In this document: in pieces, positions 39,001-44,871 of the stretch
How positions within the stretch are numbered: the stretch's first letter is position 1
How the letters are laid out: the number at the start of each line of letters is the position of its first letter
Assembly: GCA_964548195.1 (NCBI GenBank)
Contig: CAZJQC010000010.1
Span: forward strand, 1-44,871
Reading direction: 5' to 3'
Source of the DNA: an uncultured bacterium
GTDB taxonomy: Bacteria; Macinerneyibacteriota; Macinerneyibacteria; Macinerneyibacteriales; DSCS01
Length of the DNA: 44,871 nt
Notes under the pieces: model-generated
What the model was told of the DNA's origin: nothing
Database searches by the model: none
What the model saw: the letters and a program-made list of their open reading frames with translations, nothing else
Position numbers and translations under genes: made by a program

Positions 39001-39863
39001 GCGCCTCTTTCGGTATTCATGTATTCTCTCAGATAATCCACGGCCGCGGGAAATGAAGAGGCGTGAAAAGCGATGGCGGCCAGTGATTTCCCATGATCTC
39101 CGGTCGCGGCGCTTATGCCGGGCGCCGTCTCCAGCAGCGAAAGCACATGTTCGGCTATGGAATTGTTCGCCTTTACGGCGCTGAGAAAATACCGCAGTGA
39201 ATCGCCGGCTTTGCCGGAGACAAGCATCAGCTTGCCCATGTAATAGTTCTGATACGGCCCGGAAACATCAAGCTGTATCAGAGCATCCAGCATCCTCTCG
39301 ATCTCATTGTACTTGTCGCTGTAATCCCTCGCCAGCAGCTTCTCTATGTATTCGAAAGCCTCGTCATATTTTTTCTGAATATACTTGATCAAAAATATTC
39401 TGTAGAGAAGTTTCCTGTTCTTCCTGATCACGGCCTTTTCTTCATTCACTTTTACCAGTTTGTCAAACTTTGAGATCAGCTCTTCCTCCAGTTTGGAGAG
39501 CACGCCGGGAGACTGACCCTTGAGTGAGGTTACCGCGCTCCGGATCTCCAGACGCCCCACAAAGATCTCAAAAAGGAATATATCGGAATCAGCGGAGCGG
39601 GGGAATACCCTCCTGAACTCGCCCTGCAGAAAGACCACCACGTTCTCGACCGTGTCCACTTTGTATTTCAGTATCTTCCCCAAAGTCTTTACCGCGTTGA
39701 CGTCATCTCCCTTTTTTATGTAGACGTCAGTAAGCTTCCATAACAGGTCCCCGTCCCCGGGATCGGCAAGAAGACTATCCTGTAACTTATACATGGCATC
39801 CGTATAGTCGCCTGCCTTACATATTTTGTTGATTCTTTTTATAAATTTATCATATTTTCCCAT
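36078..39863 (-). CDS. Very large cytoplasmic TPR/alpha-solenoid protein (1261 aa)
   Basis: Long ORF without signal peptide; repeated TPR-like units such as AYKVLGEYY..GDEDKALEYF and AYRRLGDHYWKTGHFGEAVGHYKKAVEL. Confidence 0.85.
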   Translation of the reverse strand: MGKYDKFIKRINKICKAGDYTDAMYKLQDSLLADPGDGDLLWKLTDVYIKKGDDVNAVKTLGKILKYKVDTVENVVVFLQGEFRRVFPRSADSDIFLFEIFVGRLEIRSAVTSLKGQSPGVLSKLEEELISKFDKLVKVNEEKAVIRKNRKLLYRIFLIKYIQKKYDEAFEYIEKLLARDYSDKYNEIERMLDALIQLDVSGPYQNYYMGKLMLVSGKAGDSLRYFLSAVKANNSIAEHVLSLLETAPGISAATGDHGKSLAAIAFHASSFPAAVDYLREYMNTERGAGDIEYIDEFLMDIYMRSGPLPEVMLLQSEILIKKGNHEEAMKKVMQIKDRSSEKIVGTVMAMIDELSDKSDAYKVLGEYYAGCGDEDKALEYFSELFRTDGTCADYIHDRLSGTDSGKAAYLNLMGEVEVRRGDLKTAFSHYKRLMDEFPEMSDNAVAGLEKIVESSKKSLKIRILLLDIFLERKIFNKALKLVGEIIRMDPKSLANIYDRIVLIAENETDYCEKLIGLINIVLHDSPGDAYAVFTSASLNALVNNVDATMSDIRKVLASGNAELSAKAGDICDSLIERDPANGELRWTFVDMLIKNRRYADIVDQMYSVYLAYPAEASKIMKVVERVADEGYVDNGLVELYFKVAEEQNLIDDVERFIKSILTRAPEIPWTYVALAKLSYRHEDTTTVIKSIQRLIKYGSVEHLYMIRDITDSIREIARPNPGLYLILGSFYRHIREYGIMAALFDKVIGADTQNDELVSAELTSAIEEVPQDPALRILAGKLEFERGNHREAVSLFNQGMTMDPSASASLVSYFEKMSHEHRDDQFFMLELIRVYIDTERYEDAVMFISSIDIAEEYQLKYIQVLRNMTTVFPDDKFAYRRLGDHYWKTGHFGEAVGHYKKAVELGGVSDAEAILLLVEKNISETADKEAWTFFIELNLDTGKRIRAFEALEEAMDIIDPERMAGIIEKLESLGPGGDDPAFIALMCNMIMKVSGVVPAFDYIIKNASALYDEEGLLDRLLNELLEKSGNEGRIFDYYISFLYQKGDPQKIKAALAGFEKTDSDDESKARYALMYGDLCKKGGDDENAARYFDMAREYAGSIKRQLALYDEAMKINDAFWIPYLEQSGDAEAELDLAEILLRRREYRKAYAKLSASGLFGNERRRLGLLAEYYNSQKDYIGVLTVASKLNIDPLSVDTSSISIIKLFIKACRELHFYKQAVFYLSLLKGAVEETEYSALMQIIQREEALFDSDKSGNFITK

Positions 39864-39872
39864 AATACCCTA

Positions 39873-40748
39873 TCAACCGTAGTAACCCATTCTTTTCAAT
39901 ATTTTTTCATCCCTGCGCCAGTTTTTTATGACTTTGACCTTTATATTCAGGAACACGGTCCTTCCAAAAAAGTCTTCCACTTTTTTCCTTGACTCCTCGC
40001 CTATGGTTTTTACCATCGAGCCGCCCTTGCCGATGAGTATCCCTTTCTGGGATTCCCGTTCGCATATGATAGAGACTTCCACGTATTTGTCCTCCATCTC
40101 GTTCACCATGATGGCCACGGAATAGGGAAGTTCTTCGAATACCCTGTGCATAATAGTCTCCCTGACCATCTCTTCAATCATATAGCGTTTGTCTTTGTCA
40201 GTCAACATATCTTCGGGGTAGTATGGCGGCCCCTCGGGCAGCATCTCCAGCATACGTTTTTTGAGGGCATCCATATTGTCGCCGGCGGCAACGGAGACGG
40301 GAAAGATCTCGTCGACTCCGGTATATTTGTTCACGGAGCTGATCATAGCGAGCAGTTTCTCCTTATCGGCGATAAGGTCCGTCTTGTTTATGAGTATGAT
40401 CTTGGGGGCCGAAGCTTTGGACACCTTGTCCCATGCCCTCTTGTCCATGCGGCCGAAGCCCACGGAAGCGTCTATCATGAATACAAGTATTTCTATCTCG
40501 CTTACCGCGGAGACAGCGTTTGATACCATGTAGCGGTCCAATGCTATCCTGGGTTCAAAGATGCCCGGGGTATCCATAAAGACGACCTGCGCGTCATCCT
40601 CCAGCCAGTGGGCGACGGCTCTTATCCTGTCTCTTGTGGTCTGCGGGCGCGGCGACACTATGTTCACCTTGGCTCCCACAAGATAATTTATCATGCTTGA
40701 CTTCCCGACATTGGGAGCCCCTATGACTGCGACAAAACCTGATCTCAT
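39873..40748 (-). CDS. era: GTPase Era
   Basis: RSGFVAVIGAPNVGKS, PQTTR, DTPG, NKTD, EELPYS, KH domain SQKGILIGKGG. Confidence 0.97.
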   Translation of the reverse strand: MRSGFVAVIGAPNVGKSSMINYLVGAKVNIVSPRPQTTRDRIRAVAHWLEDDAQVVFMDTPGIFEPRIALDRYMVSNAVSAVSEIEILVFMIDASVGFGRMDKRAWDKVSKASAPKIILINKTDLIADKEKLLAMISSVNKYTGVDEIFPVSVAAGDNMDALKKRMLEMLPEGPPYYPEDMLTDKDKRYMIEEMVRETIMHRVFEELPYSVAIMVNEMEDKYVEVSIICERESQKGILIGKGGSMVKTIGEESRKKVEDFFGRTVFLNIKVKVIKNWRRDEKILKRMGYYG

Positions 40749-41341
40749 TTTTCCTCCCTGCTTACTATGCCTCCGCTGATGACTATCTTCATGCCTGTCT
40801 CCACCGACATATCCAGCCTTATTATCTCGTCCTCGCCGGCAAAGACCATCATCCCGGATGTGGGGTTCGGGGTGGTCGGTATGAACACCGAGTGATAACC
40901 GGCCGTATCAAGTCCCTTTACCTTCTCGATGCTCTTTTCCATCTGTTCGGTAATAAAACCCAGGGCATAAAGCCCCTTTCGGGGATACTCCATCAGACAG
41001 ACGCCGGTGAAAACGTAGTTGCCCCGTCCAAGCACCGAGCCGATGATCTGTTTGCTGATCTTGTATATTCTGTTGACGAGCGGCATCTTAAGAAAGATGA
41101 ACTCAGGTATTCTGATCAGCCATTTGCCCACAAAGTTTTTTACCAGAAATCCCGTAAGCAGGATCACGGCGAGGCTGATCGCTATTCCTATGCCGGGTAT
41201 TTTGATCTCGAAATAGTCGCGCATCCAGTAGTCGAATTTCACAAACAGTATATACACAAGATATACTGTGAGCAAAAACGGCAGCAATGCGACGACCCCG
41301 GCTATGAGATAAGTCCTCAGTACCGACGCGATTTTTTTCAT
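40745..41341 (-). CDS. DUF502 family membrane protein
   Basis: Two TM segments; P.V..IY...KQI; EYPRKG...LGF.T; VFIPTTPNPTSG; ISGG. Confidence 0.9.
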   Translation of the reverse strand: MKKIASVLRTYLIAGVVALLPFLLTVYLVYILFVKFDYWMRDYFEIKIPGIGIAISLAVILLTGFLVKNFVGKWLIRIPEFIFLKMPLVNRIYKISKQIIGSVLGRGNYVFTGVCLMEYPRKGLYALGFITEQMEKSIEKVKGLDTAGYHSVFIPTTPNPTSGMMVFAGEDEIIRLDMSVETGMKIVISGGIVSREEK

Positions 41342-41342
41342 C

Positions 41343-42587
41343 TTATTTTCCTTTCAGTGAAAGGCCGACCTTAAGTATTCTTCTGTTATCCGCTTCCAGC
41401 ACCTTTAGCGTGAACGCGCCGTGATCATGCTTAAAACCTTTGCCCGGGAGGTTTCCCAGGACGGCTATGATAAATCCCGCGACGGTATCGAAATCCTCCG
41501 CGTCATCGGAGACTTCTTCGTCCAGGTCTATTCCGAACTCGTCCTTAAACTCCTCCACTGTCATCTTGGGCGACAGTATATACTCATTCTCGGCGACTTT
41601 TCTGTAAATAGGCTCGTCCTCATCATATTCATCCTCGATCTCGCCCACGATCTCCTCAAGCACATCCTCTATTGTGACCAGTCCCACAAGGTCCCCGTAT
41701 TCATCGACCACAAATGACATATGGGTGTGTTTGGACTGAAAATCCTTCAGCAGAGAGTTGATTTTTTTTGTCTCGGGTATAAAGAACACCTCGCGCAGCA
41801 TCTTCTTGAGGTCGAAATCCTCTTTTTCGGTCTTCACGAGGTCCTTGACATAGACAATGCCCAGTATATTGTCCATCCTCTCGTCATAGACCGGCAGCCT
41901 GGAATGGCCCTCCTCGTCTATTACATTGACAAGCTGTTCATATGAAATATCGGAAGGGACCGCCACGATGTCCACCCTTGGGACCATTATCTCGCGGGCG
42001 GTGGTGTCCTTGAACTCCAATATGCTGCTTATCATCTCGCTTTCCTGCATGTTCTCGTCCGTCAGCACGTTCTTTATTATCTGTTCTTCAAGGTCTGTCA
42101 TGTACGGAGCGTTAAGGACCATCTCGCCGCCCAGCACTTTGATGATTATATCGGCGGGAAGCATCAGCAATCTTACCAGCGGCGACAACATCAGCGCAAC
42201 GTAATACAGGGGTAAAAAAAGCCACCTTGACTTTGTGATCCCCTTCTGAACGGCTATGGTCCTCGGGACATACTCCCCGAATACGACATACACGCCGAAG
42301 GAAACGCCCAGGGTGAGTATCATATCACCCAAAGACTCATAAAGCAGTATTATGATCACGATCTCAAGCATGTATCGCAGAAACTGAAGCGATGCAAGCA
42401 TAAGGTTGCCGTTTTTTATCCATTTCAGGAATATTTTCTTGAACTTCTCATTCCTGTTCAGCAATTCTTTCAAGTTTACGTACTTAACTCCTATAAATGC
42501 GACTTCTGTGTATTTGACCAGACTGAGAATCAAAACAGTAAGTGTCAGTGATACGTGGTATAAATGGGGGTCCATAAACGTTATCAT
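41343..42587 (-). CDS. CNNM/hemolysin-like (TlyC/CorC) membrane protein with CBS and CorC domains
   Basis: VFGEYVPR.IA; AREIMVPRVD; HSRLPVY; VVDEYG..GLVTIEDVLEEIVGEI.DEYD; DTVAGFI. Confidence 0.93.
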   Translation of the reverse strand: MITFMDPHLYHVSLTLTVLILSLVKYTEVAFIGVKYVNLKELLNRNEKFKKIFLKWIKNGNLMLASLQFLRYMLEIVIIILLYESLGDMILTLGVSFGVYVVFGEYVPRTIAVQKGITKSRWLFLPLYYVALMLSPLVRLLMLPADIIIKVLGGEMVLNAPYMTDLEEQIIKNVLTDENMQESEMISSILEFKDTTAREIMVPRVDIVAVPSDISYEQLVNVIDEEGHSRLPVYDERMDNILGIVYVKDLVKTEKEDFDLKKMLREVFFIPETKKINSLLKDFQSKHTHMSFVVDEYGDLVGLVTIEDVLEEIVGEIEDEYDEDEPIYRKVAENEYILSPKMTVEEFKDEFGIDLDEEVSDDAEDFDTVAGFIIAVLGNLPGKGFKHDHGAFTLKVLEADNRRILKVGLSLKGK

Positions 42588-43291
42588 CCTCCTATCAAAA
42601 CGTTAATGAAAAGTGTGAGAAAAAAACCGATCAACGCTCCGCTGACAACCTGCCAGGGTGAGTGTATGCCCTGATCCACTCTGTTCTTGGAAATAATAAA
42701 CGCCAGGACAAAGACCAGCAGCAGCAGAAGCTGGTCGCGTGAATACAATACCGTAAGCGCAAAGACACAGAATGCAAAGGCGGCGTGCCCGCTCGGAAAG
42801 CCGCCGTGAAAGGGGGTGCCCGTTCCCGTGACCGCCTTCACGATTATCACAAACACTATGACCACCGAGGCCGATACGAAGGCCGCCATGCCCGGCATAT
42901 TGCGTATGAACGCCGCAACCCTTTCAATGTTTCCGTAAGAGCTTCTGTACAATATCAGATAGCCCGTGAACACCGCGTTTACAGCCGCCAGAAATACCGC
43001 GCCGGAACTTATGTCCTTGACCATCCTGATCATGGGATTATGGGCTGTCGAAATAAAATAATCTATCATATGCTCTATCACGGTATTGAACATCTCTGCC
43101 ACGATCACAAAGACCACGGCGAAAACGACCATCGCCCTTTCCACCAGCGATATTCTCAGAAAAAGTGAATAGATGAACACCGCGAACCCTATAAAAAAAT
43201 GGATGCGCAGGTTGCGTTCATACCTGAGGGAAAGCACTATGCCGCTTACGGCGTTATTCAGGCTTTCCCATACACTTCTGTTTTTATTCAT
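42584..43291 (-). CDS. dgkA: Diacylglycerol/undecaprenol kinase (DgkA) fused to a PAP2-like phosphatase domain (start re-called to ATG 43291)
   Basis: A..GI......ERNLRIH, AEMFNTVIE..D, KDISSGAV; C-terminal GGFPSGHAA and RV..GIHS. Confidence 0.88.
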   Translation of the reverse strand: MNKNRSVWESLNNAVSGIVLSLRYERNLRIHFFIGFAVFIYSLFLRISLVERAMVVFAVVFVIVAEMFNTVIEHMIDYFISTAHNPMIRMVKDISSGAVFLAAVNAVFTGYLILYRSSYGNIERVAAFIRNMPGMAAFVSASVVIVFVIIVKAVTGTGTPFHGGFPSGHAAFAFCVFALTVLYSRDQLLLLLVFVLAFIISKNRVDQGIHSPWQVVSGALIGFFLTLFINVLIGG

Positions 43292-43694
43292 GTGTATCCA
43301 AAAATTTCCTTTCAAATCCGTTCATGATCTCATGATCGGTGTCGGTCTCATGATCGTAGCCCAGCAGATGGAGCATGCCGTGTACAAACAGTTCCCGTAC
43401 CTCTTCGTCCAATGTCCCTTCCGCCTGTTTTTCCGCCGTCTCGACCGATATGATGATCTCTCCAAGAGTCATCTCGTTGTCATCGCTCAGTGGAAATGAA
43501 AGCACGTCGGTGGGGCCTTCTTTGCCGCGGTATTTTAGATTAAGAAGCGCCATCTCATCGTCGCCGGTGAAGTAAAGGCCGGCCCCGTATCCCTCTTTAT
43601 GGAAATGGCGAAGGATGCGGTCGTGCATCTCCTCCAGTGTGCCGGCTGCGGAGAGCCTCCAATTTAAACCTTCATTGTATGATATCGACAACAT
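43284..43694 (-). CDS. ybeY: Endoribonuclease YbeY
   Basis: LN.KYRGKEGPTDVLSFP, LGEIIIS, HGMLHLLGYDH. Confidence 0.95.
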   Translation of the reverse strand: MLSISYNEGLNWRLSAAGTLEEMHDRILRHFHKEGYGAGLYFTGDDEMALLNLKYRGKEGPTDVLSFPLSDDNEMTLGEIIISVETAEKQAEGTLDEEVRELFVHGMLHLLGYDHETDTDHEIMNGFERKFLDTHE

Positions 43695-43695
43695 A

Positions 43696-44871
43696 TCACT
43701 CCTTAGCCTTTCTTTCCTTGGGATATTCTATGCGCTTATGCCGGCTGCCCTTGAAATAGTTTATGAACGAATCCTGCACCCTGTTCAGTTCGTCAAACGT
43801 AAGATGGCTTTCATCAAGCTGGCCGTCAAGAAGGGCTTCGCGGAATATCTGAGCGATGCGTTCCTGCACATGGTGGAAAGGCGCGTTTAAAAGAAGCCTT
43901 GATACCGCCTCGGCCTTATCCGCCAGAAAGATGATCGCGGATTCCCTGGAAGAGGGCCGCGGGCCGTCATATCTGAAATATTTTTCGTCCAGCTCTCTGT
44001 TTTTATCGTCCGCCTTGTGTTTTAAATAGAAAAACTTGATAAGCGAGGTGCCGTGATGCTCCTGTATTATGTCACGCAGCCGTATCCCCAGGCCGCCTTT
44101 TCTGGCCATGTCGGCGCCCTCAGAGACATGGTTTTTCAAGATCCTCACCGACATCATAGGCAGCAGGCTGTCATGCCTGTTCGGCCCGAACATCTGATTT
44201 TCGATAAAATAATCGGGGCGTTTGACTTTTCCTATGTCGTGATACAGGCCGCCGACCCTTGAAAGCAGCGGGTCAGCGCCGATGTCCTTGGCGGCCTCTG
44301 CCGCCAGTTCGGAGACTATGAGGCTGTGGCGATACGTGCCCGGCGCCAGCGCCATCAGCTCCTTCAACATGGGGTTGTTCCAGTCGAGCAGCCCTGTAAG
44401 GCTGACCTCCGTAGTGATGTTCTGTATCTTTTCCTGCACGTACACCGCCGTATAGCCCAGGGCGAAGGAACCGCCCACATAGGCGGACGCCTGCAGAAGA
44501 GACCCCGTGAATATACTGAAGAGCTCATCACTGTGCTCGGAAAGGCGCGACAATACGACCATGACATATGTGAACATGAGGTATTTCAGCAGATAATCGA
44601 TCTTGGGTATGCGCGTCCTGAACCGGTCGGAATCATGTATAAACATCAATGCGGTCAATATCCACAGAAAAAGGTGGCCATAGTCGTCAAAAAAGACAAA
44701 GCCCAATGAGACATTGAACAACAGCGAGATGATCGCCGTATGGTAATCGGCGAGAAAATAGGTCATGATCACAAACGCCAGAAAAGGGAAAAAATAAAAT
44801 GAAAACTCGGTGAATATACGGAAGACTGCCAGCGTGATCACATATAAAAGCGAGTTCATCACAAAAAAGTA
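43696..44871 (-). CDS. 7TM-HD family phosphohydrolase (PgpH/YqfF-like), 5'-truncated by the window edge
   Basis: TM segments followed by APGTYRHS..V, GGLYHDIGK..P.YFIENQ, HHGT, FRYDGPRP, LAD..EA, DGQL, RIEYP; the reading frame stays open to position 44871. Confidence 0.92.
   Translation of the reverse strand, partial: YFFVMNSLLYVITLAVFRIFTEFSFYFFPFLAFVIMTYFLADYHTAIISLLFNVSLGFVFFDDYGHLFLWILTALMFIHDSDRFRTRIPKIDYLLKYLMFTYVMVVLSRLSEHSDELFSIFTGSLLQASAYVGGSFALGYTAVYVQEKIQNITTEVSLTGLLDWNNPMLKELMALAPGTYRHSLIVSELAAEAAKDIGADPLLSRVGGLYHDIGKVKRPDYFIENQMFGPNRHDSLLPMMSVRILKNHVSEGADMARKGGLGIRLRDIIQEHHGTSLIKFFYLKHKADDKNRELDEKYFRYDGPRPSSRESAIIFLADKAEAVSRLLLNAPFHHVQERIAQIFREALLDGQLDESHLTFDELNRVQDSFINYFKGSRHKRIEYPKERKAKE

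Noticed and set aside
48..44709. Numerous plus-strand and alternate-frame ORFs of 60-294 aa (e.g. 7056-7745, 22502-23350, 25341-26081, 33816-34700, 37497-38291)
   Set aside because: They lie antisense to or inside well-supported genes and show no recognisable motifs; they are typical shadow ORFs.
1..44871. CRISPR arrays, IS elements, prophage genes, riboswitches, stop-codon recoding
   Set aside because: Intergenic gaps are all about 110 nt or shorter; I saw no repeat-spacer pattern or transposase/phage motifs, and conserved genes are full length under the standard code.

Overview
Gene-dense bacterial chromosomal segment of roughly 50% GC (estimated by eye), from a diderm organism as judged by an Omp85 barrel, a PilQ secretin, a LolB-like lipoprotein and GmhA. 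Almost every gene is on the minus strand; only a YigZ/IMPACT gene is on the plus strand. In transcription order (right to left): 7TM-HD phosphohydrolase (truncated by the window edge), ybeY, DgkA-PAP2 fusion, CNNM/CorC, DUF502 and era; a three-gene module (giant TPR protein, Cys4/coiled-coil/TPR protein, degenerate ClpA/C-like AAA+ protein); mltG and a U32/TrhP-type gene; two sigma54 two-component systems flanking a secreted M6-protease homologue that has lost its zinc site; pilMNOPQ and two O-antigen-ligase-like genes; sugar epimerase, gmhA, miaA and purC; an envelope operon (lipoproteins, peptidase/beta-propeller/Omp85 protein, TPR lipoprotein, LolB-like); then ispE, spoVG and tRNA-Gln(TTG). 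I saw no mobile elements, CRISPR arrays or large repeats. The most unusual signals are two apparent pseudo-enzymes kept as full-length ORFs: a Clp ATPase homologue with eroded ATPase and pore motifs but a retained ClpP-docking MGF loop, and an M6 metalloprotease with every zinc ligand replaced, embedded between two-component systems upstream of the type IV pilus genes. All assignments come from motif recognition by eye, with no database searches.
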